From an uncultured Chloroflexia bacterium (GTDB lineage Bacteria > Chloroflexota > Anaerolineae > Anaerolineales > Anaerolineaceae): a DNA stretch of 64,000 nucleotides. Under the pieces are notes generated by a model. It was not told the origin of the DNA and ran no database searches. It was given only the letters and a program-made list of their open reading frames with translations. The position numbers were made by a program, and so were the translations under genes. This document shows, in pieces, positions 44,846-56,600 of this stretch. The stretch is from contig CAVRKN010000020.1 of assembly GCA_963721535.1 (NCBI GenBank), positions 29,062 through 93,061 on the forward strand. The letters are read 5' to 3'. Within the stretch, counting starts at the first letter, position 1. Each line of letters begins with the position of its first letter.

Positions 44846-45751
44846 CTATTCAGCACTGGTCCAACGGGCAAAGATGGCTGTGGAAAGCAATCTGCCGGCA
44901 CTTTTTTCTGTCAGGGCAATTTCACCAGCGGTCAGCGTACCGGCTTTTCCTGCCAACATTTCCTGCATGGCGTAATACAAGGTCAAGGGCGAAGCCTTCA
45001 CCGCATAAGCCGTCAACACAACAAAAACCGGTTGAGGCGTGAGAATTTGACGGCAGGCATCCAGCAGAGTAGGCAACAGCTTGTAAAACTCCCACACCTC
45101 GCCCTTGGGACCGCGGCCAAACTTTGGCGGGTCAAGAATGATGCCATCGTAGGTCGATCCGCGGCGGGCTTCGCGCTGGACGAATTTAAGGGCGTCATCC
45201 ACGATCCAGCGAACGGAACGATCGCCCAAGTTAGAAAGCGTCAGGTTCTCGTTAGCCCATTGGACAACTTTCCTGGCGGCATCCAGGTGGGTTACTGCAG
45301 CGCCCGCTTGGGCTGCAGCCAGGCTGGCTAAACCGGTGTAGCCGAACAGGTTGAGGACCCGTATAGGCCTGTTGCTGAGTTCAATCTGGCGGGTGATCCA
45401 ATCCCATTGAGTTGCCTGTTCTGGGAACACACCCAGGTGGCGCGAGGCAGTGGTCTGAACGTAAAAGCGCAGCTGCTTGTATTCCATGGTCCAGCGATCC
45501 GGCAGCTTTTGCAACACCTGCCAATGACCGCCGTTTTCTTCCGGCGATGGTTTGAAGACCGCATGGACTTTGCCCCATTCGCGTTCCGGCAGGCTGCGCC
45601 GCCAGACCGCTTCCGGCTCCGGACGCAGCAGGCGGTATGGACCATAGCGTTCCAATTTTTGGCCGTCACCGCTGTCCAACAATTCATAATCCTGCCAGTC
45701 TGGCGAGGTCAGAATTTGCAGGGGAGGTGGAGCAGAGATGCGGCTGGTCAT
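44846..45751 (-). CDS. Class I SAM-dependent methyltransferase (RlmI/RlmK-like)
   Basis: YELLDSGDGQKLERYG, HLGVFPEQ, LNLFGYTG, ILDPPKFGRG. Confidence 0.85.
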   Translation of the reverse strand: MTSRISAPPPLQILTSPDWQDYELLDSGDGQKLERYGPYRLLRPEPEAVWRRSLPEREWGKVHAVFKPSPEENGGHWQVLQKLPDRWTMEYKQLRFYVQTTASRHLGVFPEQATQWDWITRQIELSNRPIRVLNLFGYTGLASLAAAQAGAAVTHLDAARKVVQWANENLTLSNLGDRSVRWIVDDALKFVQREARRGSTYDGIILDPPKFGRGPKGEVWEFYKLLPTLLDACRQILTPQPVFVVLTAYAVKASPLTLYYAMQEMLAGKAGTLTAGEIALTEKSAGRLLSTAIFARWTSAE

Positions 45752-45883
45752 GTGATAAACCTGGGGAGAATTTTCAAATATCAGTATACCAGTATTCACG
45801 CTCAAGACAGCGCTGCTCGACAGCATGAGGCGGGCGGGTATATAATTTCCGCGCCAGTTCAATCCCCCCTCACCGAGAGAACA

Positions 45884-47050
45884 ATGACCTTTCAATTTGA
45901 CACCATCTTTGACCGCCGTAGCACGGAATCCGTCAAATGGAACCACTTCCCGAGCGACGTGCTGCCCTTATGGGTGGCGGATATGGATTTTGCTGCCCCG
46001 CTGGCGGTGACCGAAGCTTTGCGGCAGCGGGTGGAGCACCCGATTTATGGTTATCCAACCGTACAAAAAGGGTTGATTAAAGCCATTCAGGCTCATTTAC
46101 AACGCCTGTATCACTGGCAAGTCTCCGATGAGCAGTTCCTATTTCTGCCGGGTGTGGTGATTTCATTCAACCTGGCAACCCAGGCTCTGGCGCAGCCAGG
46201 CGGCAGCGTGGTGTTTATGACGCCGGTATATATGCCGTTTTTCGATCTGGCGAAAAATGCCGGCTTGCAGCAGGTGACCGTTGACCTGCTGCAGGACGAA
46301 AAGGGTCGGTATACGATCGATTGGGAACGCTTCGAGGCAGCCATGGCAGCCCACCCAGACCTTTTTATCCTGTGCAATCCACATAACCCGGTGGGTCGGG
46401 TTTTTACCCGAACTGAACTGGAACATGTCGCGGAGATCTGCCTGCGCTACCAAGTCCCCATTGTCGCGGACGAAATCCACTCGGACCTTATTTATTCAGG
46501 GCACCAGCACATCCCGATCGCTTCGCTATCGCCGGAGATCGCTGCCAATACCATCACGCTCATGGCACCCAGCAAAACCTTCAACGTCCCTGGTCTTGGT
46601 TGTTCGTATGCAATTATTCCCAACCCCAAGCTGCGGACTGCCTTCAATTCAGCCCGGCGTGGCCTGGTGCACGGTGCCAATCTGATGGGGATGATTGCTG
46701 CTCAGGCTGCCTACACCGATGATTCGGGCTGGTTGCCAGAGCTATTGATCTACCTGGAAGGGAACCGCGACTATTTAGTTGAGTATGTGAAGACTCATAT
46801 TCCCAAGGCGCACATCACCGCGCCGGAAGGCACTTACCTTGCCTGGATCGATCTACGGGCGTACAATCTTGAACCACGGCCCTGTGAATATTTGATCAAG
46901 AATGCCAGAGTCGGTTTGAACGAAGGCGCCGAATTTGGTAAGGCAGGTGCCGGGTATGTGCGGCTCAATTTTGCCTGCCCGCGCAGTACATTGGTCGAAG
47001 CGCTGGAGCGCATTCGAAAAGCGCTGGAAAATTCACCAGCGAAGATGTGA
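45884..47050 (+). CDS. MalY/PatB family PLP-dependent C-S lyase/aminotransferase
   Basis: SVKW, LWVADMDF, LCNPHNPVG, DEIH, APSKTFN; real start ATG 45884. Confidence 0.92.
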   Translation: MTFQFDTIFDRRSTESVKWNHFPSDVLPLWVADMDFAAPLAVTEALRQRVEHPIYGYPTVQKGLIKAIQAHLQRLYHWQVSDEQFLFLPGVVISFNLATQALAQPGGSVVFMTPVYMPFFDLAKNAGLQQVTVDLLQDEKGRYTIDWERFEAAMAAHPDLFILCNPHNPVGRVFTRTELEHVAEICLRYQVPIVADEIHSDLIYSGHQHIPIASLSPEIAANTITLMAPSKTFNVPGLGCSYAIIPNPKLRTAFNSARRGLVHGANLMGMIAAQAAYTDDSGWLPELLIYLEGNRDYLVEYVKTHIPKAHITAPEGTYLAWIDLRAYNLEPRPCEYLIKNARVGLNEGAEFGKAGAGYVRLNFACPRSTLVEALERIRKALENSPAKM

Positions 47051-47065
47051 AAGGTTAGCCACAGT

Positions 47066-47683
47066 TTGAAGAATCCAAAACAAAAGTCACCCATGGGGTG
47101 TTTGCTAAAGTTCGTAAACAGTACTTTATTACTTATTGCTGGCAGTTATTTGTTACTCGTCATTATCGGTATGCTGTTGGTCACATCTAACGTACAGAAG
47201 AAAGCCGACGCCATCGTTTTGTTGAGCGGCGGCGGAAAAATTCGCAATGCCGAGGCAGTGCGGCTGTTCAAAGACTCCGCCGCCAACACGATCGTGTTGA
47301 CCCAGACCTCCGGCAAGGGCAGTTCAGCCACGATGGCAGAGACCCGCAGCCAACTGGTCAAAGGCGGCGTCCCTTCATATCAAATCCAAACAGCTTACGG
47401 CACTGCTACCAGTACCTATGATGAAGCCCGACAGGTGGCTAAACTGGCTAAAAGCGCCGGATTTAAATCCGTGCTGGTTGTGACTGATCCTTACCATATT
47501 CTGCGAGCACGCATTTTGTTTGCCAGAGAATTGGGCGTCACTGGTGTTAAGGTACGTGTGGCAGCGGTCACCGGGCATTGGTACAAACCTATCAGTTGGA
47601 TGTTCAGCCGTGAAGGTTGGCGCGTGACGGCTACCGAGCTGGTCAAAATTGGTGGCATCATTCTGGGGATGCGGGGCGGTTAA
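47066..47683 (+). CDS. YdcF/ElyC (DUF218) family protein
   Basis: N-terminal TM segment, DAIVLLSGG, STYDEA, LVVTDPYH. Confidence 0.85.
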   Translation: MKNPKQKSPMGCLLKFVNSTLLLIAGSYLLLVIIGMLLVTSNVQKKADAIVLLSGGGKIRNAEAVRLFKDSAANTIVLTQTSGKGSSATMAETRSQLVKGGVPSYQIQTAYGTATSTYDEARQVAKLAKSAGFKSVLVVTDPYHILRARILFARELGVTGVKVRVAAVTGHWYKPISWMFSREGWRVTATELVKIGGIILGMRGG

Positions 47684-47688
47684 AAAAG

Positions 47689-47711
47689 ACTGCGCCACAG
47701 CGTGGCGCAGT
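47689..47711. terminator. Bidirectional terminator
   Basis: ACTGCGCCAC / GTGGCGCAGT between convergent genes, flanked by A/T tracts. Confidence 0.75.
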
Positions 47712-47752
47712 TTATATTTAGTTTTGTAAGAAAGCTATTCGGTTTTTAAGAA

Positions 47753-47971
47753 TTACTCTGCCTCTACCGCGACAACAGCGGCAGCCTGTAAACCTTTGTT
47801 CCCCTTCTCAATCGAAAACTCCACTTTCTGGCCTTCTTTGAGTTGTTTGTAGCCATCCATGTCGATAGCGGAAAAGTGTACGAAGACATCTTCCCCATCA
47901 TCACGACCGATAAAACCATAGCCCTTGGCAGGGTTGAACCACTTCACGGTCCCAACAAAACGTTCTGACAT
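47753..47971 (-). CDS. Cold-shock protein
   Basis: [22 protein letters not shown]. Confidence 0.96.
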   Translation of the reverse strand: MSERFVGTVKWFNPAKGYGFIGRDDGEDVFVHFSAIDMDGYKQLKEGQKVEFSIEKGNKGLQAAAVVAVEAE

Positions 47972-48093
47972 GCTTTACTCCATCTAACTAGGAAAAAATT
48001 TTCTTGGCATCTCAGCCAAAACCATCAGGGCGCAAGAATATCATGGTTTAATAGGCATGTCAAGATTCTGTATCGACAATTCTGACATAAATT

Positions 48094-48900
48094 GTGGGGT
48101 TTATTTTGACTAACGTATCGGATCAAAATTACTTAAAGGACCAGCAATACCGCAATGGTGACAATCTGGATGCCCGCATTCAGCTCCACCGGCGCTTCAG
48201 TACCAATCCAGCCTCCTTCTTTGAGTGGATGTTTGACCAGCTTAATCTCCAGCCGGCGATGAATGTGATGGAGATTGGCTGCGGCACTGGCGCATTTTGG
48301 AGGGCAAATATTCAGCGGTTGCCCACGAACATCCGTTCCACATTGCTTGATCTTTCAAGTGGCATGGTAACCGCGGCACGCTCATCCGTAAACCGCGATG
48401 CACGGTTTACGTTTGCTGCGGCTGACGCTCAAAATCTGCCTTTTAGTGATCAACAGTTCGACGCGGTCCTGGCCAACCACATGCTCTACCACGTTCCAAA
48501 TATTTCTCAGGCGGTGCATGAACTGCGGCGGGTGCTTCTCCCGGGAGGCCGATTGTGTGCTTCCACCAATGGTACTGGCCACCTGCGCGAATTGAGAGAT
48601 CTGATGCGCCGGTTTGGGTTGGATGATGCTGCAGTCCCTGGCTCCTTTGCGCGCTATGGTTTGGACAATGCCTCGGAGGTCCTTGGCGAGTGTTTTGAGC
48701 ATGTCGAGGTTGTACCATTTGTCGACAGCCTGTTTATCACCGAAACCCAACCGTTAATGAACTATATCCACTCGATGATTGGTATTTGGTATGTGCCGAA
48801 AGATGTGGATTTTGAGATTGAAAAATGGATTACCGCTGAAATTGCAACAAGAGGCGGATTTTCTATTCAAAAAATCGGTGGGTTGGTGCTAGCCTGGTGA
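48094..48900 (+). CDS. Class I SAM-dependent methyltransferase
   Basis: EIGCGTG, DLSSGM, LPF...FD.VLANHMLYHVP. Confidence 0.88.
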   Translation: MGFILTNVSDQNYLKDQQYRNGDNLDARIQLHRRFSTNPASFFEWMFDQLNLQPAMNVMEIGCGTGAFWRANIQRLPTNIRSTLLDLSSGMVTAARSSVNRDARFTFAAADAQNLPFSDQQFDAVLANHMLYHVPNISQAVHELRRVLLPGGRLCASTNGTGHLRELRDLMRRFGLDDAAVPGSFARYGLDNASEVLGECFEHVEVVPFVDSLFITETQPLMNYIHSMIGIWYVPKDVDFEIEKWITAEIATRGGFSIQKIGGLVLAW

Positions 48901-48928
48901 CCTTTCTAGTGAACATATAATTGGCGTG

Positions 48929-50356
48929 ATGAAATCAATCGAGCGGTGGTTATTACCCATACTGGTTGTCGTCCCGGTTCTCTTGCTTGGGCTGCTTCCG
49001 ATCGCACCGCGCCCGGTTGAACTCACGCTGGCCTGGCAGCGGGCAGTACTGGCCCAGGCTGCAGGATCACCGCATGAAGCAGCTGAGTATTTCCGCCAGG
49101 TCATTCACTATCAGCCCGAGCGGGTGGATTTATGGGATAAGGCCGGTGAACTTGAGTTTTTAGCCGCGGACTATGTAGCCGCCATCCAGACCTACAATCA
49201 GGCCATTGAAAACCGCACCATCACAGTCGGCGGGATGCTCAACCTGGGGGATAGCTACCAACGACAAGGGGATTTAAAATCCGCGGCGGCGACCTGGGTA
49301 AAGGTTGCAGAAATGCCAGCAGTTGAACCGCAGCAGTTATCCGCCGCCGCACAGCGTCTGCGGGATACAGGAGATCTGGATTCCACATTGGTGGTTGCGA
49401 GGCGTTGGCATGAGCTTGATCCCAAATCCGTGCCGGCAGCCTGGCTGACCGGACTTTTGCTCTCCCCGCGCAGCCTGCCTGAGGCTGCCAGATCCCTGGC
49501 AATCGCCGGAAATGGCGAGGGAATTGATGCGGAGAATGCACGCCGTTTACTGGAAGTGTTGGGACAGGCAGCTCTGCAAACCGATCCAGCTTACCAGCAG
49601 GTCCTCATCGGGCAGCGGTTGGCGGATTTGGGTCAATGGGATGTGGCGGAACAGGCATTTAATGCGGCAGTGACCCTTGCCCCGGACTACGCCGAAGCCT
49701 GGGCTTTTCTGGGCGAGTCGCGCCAGCAACTTGGCAGAAATGGCTGGAATGAGCTGCTACGTGCCAAGAGTATAGACCCCCAATCCGATATTGTGCTTTC
49801 AGCGCTTACCCTGTATTGGAACCGCCAAAACAAACCCAGGGTAGCCTTGAGCTATTTGCGGATACTGGCTGCCAACCATCCTACCGAAGGGGCCTGGCAG
49901 GTGGAGATTGGTAATACGCTGGCCCAGGCTGGTGATCTGGTTTCCGCCATGGCGGCATACCAGCAAGCCACCAAAATTGAGCCGCAAAATGCACAAAACT
50001 GGCGCGCACTGGCGCTCTTTTCGGCCACGTACGGTTTTGACTTCACATCCTCTTCTCAGCCCGCCATCGAGCGGGCACTGGCGTTAGCGCCCAAAGACCT
50101 GTTGGTTTTGGATGCGGCCGGCTGGGTCTATTTGACCAATGGCGACCTGGAAAATGCGGAACAGTTCTTGCAACAGGCACTGGCAGAGGATGGTGATTTC
50201 GAGGGAGCCCAGCTGCACCTGGCTCAGGTTTATCTGGCAAGCAACCGCTTATCACTGGCATCACCCCTGTTGACCGCAGCTGCTCAGCAAACGAATGACC
50301 CCGGTATCGCACTACAAGCCCAGCGTCTGCTCGAAAAGTATTTTCCCGGTCAATAA
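48929..50356 (+). CDS. Membrane-anchored TPR-repeat protein
   Basis: N-terminal hydrophobic anchor and repeated A...L.P..A.AW..LG TPR patterns. Confidence 0.8.
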   Translation: MKSIERWLLPILVVVPVLLLGLLPIAPRPVELTLAWQRAVLAQAAGSPHEAAEYFRQVIHYQPERVDLWDKAGELEFLAADYVAAIQTYNQAIENRTITVGGMLNLGDSYQRQGDLKSAAATWVKVAEMPAVEPQQLSAAAQRLRDTGDLDSTLVVARRWHELDPKSVPAAWLTGLLLSPRSLPEAARSLAIAGNGEGIDAENARRLLEVLGQAALQTDPAYQQVLIGQRLADLGQWDVAEQAFNAAVTLAPDYAEAWAFLGESRQQLGRNGWNELLRAKSIDPQSDIVLSALTLYWNRQNKPRVALSYLRILAANHPTEGAWQVEIGNTLAQAGDLVSAMAAYQQATKIEPQNAQNWRALALFSATYGFDFTSSSQPAIERALALAPKDLLVLDAAGWVYLTNGDLENAEQFLQQALAEDGDFEGAQLHLAQVYLASNRLSLASPLLTAAAQQTNDPGIALQAQRLLEKYFPGQ

Positions 50357-50457
50357 GCCACCGAACATAACGCACCATCCTTCTCATCACACCCTGGCAG
50401 TAGGCATTTGAAATGCCGACGTCCATACCACCCCCTCAGGCTCGAAGGAGTTGCGGA

Positions 50458-51123
50458 ATGAATAGGAAAACCATACCGGTGTTAGCCCTGGTTTTAATGG
50501 CTTTAGCTCTGGGCGGGTGCAATTTAGCAGACCGGATCACCAGTTCAGCCTTGGAAGAAATTGACCCGGGTAGTGTGGTGTTCTTTGACAACTTTAGCAA
50601 CCCTGAATCAGGCTGGCAAGTGTGGTCGTCCGATAGCGCCGCCATTTCTTATGACTCGGATGGGCTGCGCTTCCATATAAACGAACCCAACTATGACTAC
50701 TGGTCGCTACCCGGTCAGCGTTTCACCGACTCCACTTTGGCTGTGGACGCCACATTGATTGAAGGCCCTACCGACAATGATTTCGGCATCGTTTGCCGCT
50801 TCCAGAACGAGTATAATTTCTATGCTTTTCTGGTCAGCAGTGATGGATACGGCGGCATCATCAAGGTCAAAGACGGTTTGTACCAGACCTTGAATAGCCC
50901 TGACGGTCTGGAATTTGGATCCATGATCCAGCAAGGGCAGGCTACCAATCAAATTCGCGCTGACTGTGTCGGTACTCACTTGAGCCTGTACGTGAACCAG
51001 GAGAAATTTCTGGAAGTGGAAGATGCCGACTTTACGACTGGGGATGTAGGCTTGATCGCTGGTTCCTACAGTCAACCCGGAGTGGACATTCTTTTTGATA
51101 ACTTTTTCGTGCTAAAACCTTAG
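50458..51123 (+). CDS. Hypothetical lipoprotein with probable ConA/DUF1080-like beta-sandwich
   Basis: Lipobox LGGC; FDNFS...GW, FGIVCR, LYVN, G.VGL, FDNF.V. Confidence 0.65.
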   Translation: MNRKTIPVLALVLMALALGGCNLADRITSSALEEIDPGSVVFFDNFSNPESGWQVWSSDSAAISYDSDGLRFHINEPNYDYWSLPGQRFTDSTLAVDATLIEGPTDNDFGIVCRFQNEYNFYAFLVSSDGYGGIIKVKDGLYQTLNSPDGLEFGSMIQQGQATNQIRADCVGTHLSLYVNQEKFLEVEDADFTTGDVGLIAGSYSQPGVDILFDNFFVLKP

Positions 51124-51127
51124 AGGT

Positions 51128-52408
51128 ATGAAAATATTTCTCGATTCAATTGGCTGCCGGTTAAACCAAAGCGAAATTGAACGATTTGCCAACCAATTTA
51201 GAGCCGCCGGTCACACCATTGTTAATTCAACAGGTGAAGCTGACCTGGTCGTGGTTAACACCTGCACAGTAACCGGTGCAGCTGCTTCTGATTCACGCCA
51301 GAAGATTCGGCAAGCTGCCCGCACAGGTACCGCGGACATTGTGGTCACCGGTTGCTGGTCCACGCTCGAGCCGGAGCGGGCAGCCGAGATGACCAACGTA
51401 CGGCGGGTGGTTGCCAACCTGGATAAAGACAATCTGGTAGCCCAGGTATTGGGGACATCCCCTGAAATTTTCGACCTTGAACCGGTTGCCCGCGAGCCGC
51501 TGCCCGGCGCGCATTTACGCACCCGCGCCTTCATCAAGACCCAGGACGGTTGTGACAACCATTGCACCTTTTGTATCACTCGCATTGCCCGCGGTGCGGG
51601 TCGCAGCGAGCCGATCCCAACCATAATCAGCGATATTCAACATGCCCTGGCTGGCGGAACGCGGGAAGTGGTACTTTCCGGCGTGCACCTTGGCTCGTGG
51701 GGCTATGATTTTGCCCCGCGAATGCACTTGCGAGATTTGATTCAGGCAATTTTGCAGCATACCGATGTGGAGAGATTGCGCTTATCCTCGCTCGAACCCT
51801 GGGACCTGGACGAGGAATTTTTCCAATTGTGGGAAAATTCGCGCCTGTGCCGGCATCTTCACCTGCCGCTGCAATCCGGCAGCGAACAGACGCTGCACCG
51901 TATGGCACGCCATACCACTCCGGATAAATTCCGGCAGCTGCTGACATTTGCTCGCCAGGCAGCGCCTGGAATGGCAGTCACAACTGATATGATCGTTGGC
52001 TTCCCAGGCGAAGATGACCGGGAATTTGCTGAGAGCCTGGCATTCACGGCGGAGATGGCTTTCGCCGGCGGGCATGTTTTTAGCTACTCCGCCCGTCCCG
52101 GCACACCTGCCATGAAGCTGCCTAACCCGGTACCGGCTGCGGTTGCTCATCAGCGAAGCGAACAACTCCGCCAGGTGCTGGCTGAATCCTCGCAGCGTTT
52201 TCGCGAGCCTTATATTGGCAGCCAGGTTTCGGTGTTGTGGGAGGCGACCAATGTTTACGGACCCACGGGATGGCACCTGCATGGGCTGACCGATAATTAC
52301 CTGCGCATCGAGACTCGATCCCCGCAGCGGTTATGGAATCAAGTCAGTGAGGTTAACCTCGATAAATTGACCGACCTGGGACTCTCCGGGCAATTGGTCG
52401 ATCAGTAA
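51128..52408 (+). CDS. mtaB: tRNA methylthiotransferase (MtaB-type radical SAM)
   Basis: GCRLNQSE, NTCTVT, CDNHCTFC, RLSSLEP, HLPLQSG. Confidence 0.85.
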   Translation: MKIFLDSIGCRLNQSEIERFANQFRAAGHTIVNSTGEADLVVVNTCTVTGAAASDSRQKIRQAARTGTADIVVTGCWSTLEPERAAEMTNVRRVVANLDKDNLVAQVLGTSPEIFDLEPVAREPLPGAHLRTRAFIKTQDGCDNHCTFCITRIARGAGRSEPIPTIISDIQHALAGGTREVVLSGVHLGSWGYDFAPRMHLRDLIQAILQHTDVERLRLSSLEPWDLDEEFFQLWENSRLCRHLHLPLQSGSEQTLHRMARHTTPDKFRQLLTFARQAAPGMAVTTDMIVGFPGEDDREFAESLAFTAEMAFAGGHVFSYSARPGTPAMKLPNPVPAAVAHQRSEQLRQVLAESSQRFREPYIGSQVSVLWEATNVYGPTGWHLHGLTDNYLRIETRSPQRLWNQVSEVNLDKLTDLGLSGQLVDQ

Positions 52409-52424
52409 AGCCGATAGAGTTGCT

Positions 52425-53669
52425 TTATTTGGCTTTCTGCCGACGGTTGCGCGCCTGGACGAAGCGGTCATAGACCCGTTTCCAGGCCTGGGTAGGTTTT
52501 TCCGGGCGGGTCTTTTTATGCTGGTCGTGGCTTATGTAAAAGGCGAAATCTTCCATGAGGATCGCCAGAGGTTCACCTGGCTCTTCCAGGATGATTGGCC
52601 GTCCCAGGTTGATCGCCTGAATCGGTAAATCCGGTGTATAGGGCAGGGTAATGGTGACTGGTTTATTCAATGCCTGTTCGATCCGTTCACGCGGCAGCCC
52701 ACCGCGTGGGAAGATATTATTGAGCACCAAGCGCACTTTATCTGGCGCATAGCCCAGGCGGTTGTAAGTATCCAGGGCTGCAGCGGCGGCACGGACCGAG
52801 GACAGTTCCGGGGCGATGACAAGCAAAATCATATCCGCGGCATCCAACGTCAATAGTGACACTTCCGAAAAATCATGAGGTAAATCGGCGATCAAATAGT
52901 CATATTCCGACCGCAGCAAGGTCAGCGAAGCCGTCAGCGCCTCGGTGGTCAGCATCTCTGCATCCGTCGGATAGGTTGGCGCGGCGATGAAATCCAATCC
53001 GGAGGAATGATGAGCGACCAGGGATTGCAGAATTTCGATATCCATCTCCTGCGGTTTGTAATCTGCCAGGTCCGCCCAGGTTCGCTTGAGTGGCATGTTC
53101 AACAACAAGGCCACTTGCCCGGCTGTCAGAACCAGATCCAACAAGGCTGTGGGGGCATTCCATAATCCGTTCAAGCCCAGGGCTAAATTAACCGCCAGCA
53201 TTGAACTGCCAACGCCGCCGCGCAAGGTGTGGATAGCAGTCAGTTTGGCAGTCCGCTGCGGAGTAGCAGCGGTGGTTGAAGGCAGTGCCTGGCGGAATTG
53301 CTCCACTCGCCGCAACAGGACGTTCATGCGCGCCACCAGCTCGACCGGTTCGAATGGTTTGGTAATGTGGTCGTCAGCACCGGATTCAAACGAAGCCAGC
53401 TTGTCCTGCAATCCCGTCTGGCTGGTCAGCACCAGTATTGGCGTTTGAGCAAAAGCCGGGTCGCGCCGTAACCGGCGAGTCACTTCGTACCCGGAAATAT
53501 CGGGCAGGTTAAGGTCCGTAATGACGACATCTGGATGGATGCGGGAAGCGGCTGCTAAACCGGAAATTCCGGTCAGCTCGCTGTGCACTTTGTGACCCAG
53601 CGGTTCCAGGCTATGCTCGATCAACCTGTGGAAGATGGTCTCGTCGTCAATTAATAAGATGTTCGCCAT
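52425..53669 (-). CDS. Response regulator receiver fused to a CpaE/TadZ/MinD-like P-loop domain
   Basis: REC (IDD, D at ITDLNLP, KPF) plus LRGGVGSS..AVNLA, LIADLP. Confidence 0.8.
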   Translation of the reverse strand: MANILLIDDETIFHRLIEHSLEPLGHKVHSELTGISGLAAASRIHPDVVITDLNLPDISGYEVTRRLRRDPAFAQTPILVLTSQTGLQDKLASFESGADDHITKPFEPVELVARMNVLLRRVEQFRQALPSTTAATPQRTAKLTAIHTLRGGVGSSMLAVNLALGLNGLWNAPTALLDLVLTAGQVALLLNMPLKRTWADLADYKPQEMDIEILQSLVAHHSSGLDFIAAPTYPTDAEMLTTEALTASLTLLRSEYDYLIADLPHDFSEVSLLTLDAADMILLVIAPELSSVRAAAAALDTYNRLGYAPDKVRLVLNNIFPRGGLPRERIEQALNKPVTITLPYTPDLPIQAINLGRPIILEEPGEPLAILMEDFAFYISHDQHKKTRPEKPTQAWKRVYDRFVQARNRRQKAK

Positions 53670-53693
53670 GAGGATCCTCAGTCTTGCTTGGAG

Positions 53694-56600
53694 TTAATGA
53701 TTGGCGCGAATTTCAATTAAATTCTGTTCTAGTTCCGGAATAGCCGCTTCAATCGCATCGGCAAGTGGGGCGGCGGTTGACAGGTCGCCTTTTCCTGCCA
53801 GCGCATCCAGTTCATGCGCCAGTGTTGTGATTTTGACCGCCCCAAAATTAGCGGCGACCCCTTTCAAATTATGTGCCAGCAATTTCAAGCCGGGAGCGTC
53901 GTTGGCATCAATCACACTCCGAATATCTAGGAGATGAGCGCGGCATTGCTGCACAAATTCTTCAAATGTCACCACAAAGAAAGAAAAATCATTACCAAAT
54001 CGCGGCAGAATCTTTTGAACATAATGTGGATCGCCTAATATTGCCAGGTGCGTCGATGGGACGGCACGTGCCAGGATCTCCTCCTGCTCTGGTGGCACAC
54101 CTTCCTTATCTTCAGGGTGCGGTTCAGAAGTGGCGAGGATCAACTGGTCGAAATCGGAGGAAAATTCCGCGAAATCCAAATCCGTAATCTCGCCGCTGGC
54201 GGTTTTATCCGATTCGGGATTTGTGATGAACGGGCTGACGGTTCGTTTTTTAGCACGCTCGACCCAAGGTCGTTTGACAGGCACAGGCAGCGACCATTGC
54301 TCGATGGCGTCGAACAATTCCTGGGGGCGTACCGGCTTGGAAAGGTAGGCATCCATTCCGCTGGCATACAGATTCTGAATCTCGCTGGTGAACGTCTGTG
54401 CCGTCATGGCAATGATGGGTGTGTGATGTTCGCTGCTTTCATCAGCCCGAATTCGTTGGGTGGTTTCGTTGCCATCCAACTCTGGCATTTGAATGTCCAT
54501 CAGAATGATGTTGAAGCCTTGCGTTTGCAGTACTTCCAGAGCCTGACGACCATTTTCCACGGCGGTGACGGTGTGGCCAAATTTTTCCAGCAGGTTGATC
54601 ACCACCTTGCGGTTGACCGGGTTGTCTTCCGCCAGTAGCACCTGTTGCGGGTTCGCGGTGTGCATTGCCTGACTGGCGTGGGTATCTACCGGCAACGGCG
54701 GCAATTGACCAGTCTTTTTCTTGGGTGGTGTCAATAAATCCAGCAGTACCAGCTGAAGTGGCTGCCAGCGGATGGGCTTTAAGATTACGCCACTAAGGTC
54801 CAATTCTTTGAACCGGGCCTCTGAGATCGTCGCCCCCAGACGAGACAGCAAGATAATCTTCAGGTGAATAAATCGGGGATCCTCGCGTAATTTATCCACA
54901 ATCCCATAATCGACATCTCCGGACAACCGGTCATCCAGGATGAGCAATTGATAGCTCTTTTCAGTATTGACCGCTTTCTCCAGGCGGGATAGTAACGCGG
55001 AAGCGGTCGCGGCACTGGTAACCTTGCAGCCTACGCCTTCTATCAAAAGGGTCAGGTTCGAGCGGCTGTTGGGATTAGCGTCGGCGATCAGCACCCTGAG
55101 ACCCTTGGCACGCCGTGATAAATCTTCCGGGATGGGTTCGTTGTCTCCGTTGATGTTAAAAATGGCGGTGAAAGAGAACACACTGCCAATATTCGCTTCA
55201 CTGGTAACTGTTAATTTTCCACCCATTAATTCGACCAATTGTGCCGAGATGGCCAGACCCAACCCGGTGCCGCCGTACTTGCGAGAAGTTGCATCCGACG
55301 CCTGGGTGAAACGCTCGAATATGGCTGCCTGTCGATCCGCGGGGATGCCGATGCCCGTGTCCTGGACCGAGAAGCCAAGAGTCACCGTGGTGCCGCTAAC
55401 AGCCTCCTGATGCACCCCCAACACAATTTCTCCACGCTCAGTAAACTTGATGGCATTGGAAACCAGATTGGTCAACACCTGACGCAGGCGGTTGGGATCA
55501 CCGCGTAATGCCGTAGGAACGATCGGCGGGACAATGCAAACCAGTTCCAAGCCCTTGTCGTTGGCGCGTTGACTCATCGTCAGTGCGACATTTTCCAAGA
55601 TGGTACGCAGGTCAAAGTTGGTTTCTTCCAGCTGCATGTGCCGGGCTTCAATTTTTGACAGGTCGAGCACATCATTGAGCAGGGTGAGCAGGGCTTCAGC
55701 CTGATCCGATGCCGTTTTGAGATATTCGTTTTGGGTGGCAGAAAGGTCAGTATCGAGCGTCAGGTTCAGCATTCCGATCAGGCCATTCAGCGGTGTGCGA
55801 ATCTCATGCGAGATATTGGCCAGGTATTCGCTTTTTGCCAGGTCGGCTTCCTCCGCTTTGCGGCGGGCTTTTACCAACTCGGTGATGTTATGAAAGAGCA
55901 TCAGCGTGCCAAGTTGTTCGTTGTTTACCACCACCGGCACGTTGAAGACCTCAACCTCGATAGTCTCTCCACTGCGCGTGACTCGCTGGCTAACGCCGTA
56001 CTTAACGTCCCGCCGTCGGATGCGCCGGGTGTAATCCTGTGAAGCATCCTGATATTCCGGTGGGGTGATTAGCTCCTCTAGTCTTCGGCCAGCCACTTCC
56101 CCTGGCGAGTAACCAAACAAGCGTTCAAAGGCTGGGTTAAGCGTGACAATGCCGCCGCTTAAATCCAGGGTGACGATGGCGACCGGACTGTTCTGAAAGA
56201 TTGCCTCGAAATATTGTTTCTGGCGTTGAATTTCCGCTTCGTCACGCTTGCGTTGGGCGATATCCCGGAAGATATAAATAGCCCCCTGTTGACCGCCAGG
56301 TAACTGGAAGGGAAATCCGCCAACCTCAAACCAGCCAAATTGTGAAGGCATTGGGATGAGTGTGGTTTTACTGATGACACGCTTTTGGATCGGTTCGGCC
56401 ACCCCAGGGAAGATTTGATCGATCGACCGACCAATCACCTCGTCGAAGGTTGTTTCCAATTTTTGAATGGTGGCTTGATTGCAACGGACGATCTTTCCTT
56501 GAGAGTCGATCAGGATGATGAGATCGGAAATTGCGTCAAATGTGGCTTCCCATTCTTTTTTAGCGCGGGTGATGTTGGCTTCGGCACGGTGGCGTACCCG

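Noticed and set aside
45407..45946. Long N-terminal extensions or overlap of the MalY and methyltransferase ORFs
   Set aside because: Family-typical N-termini begin at 45884 and 45751; the extensions are open-frame artefacts across a divergent intergenic region
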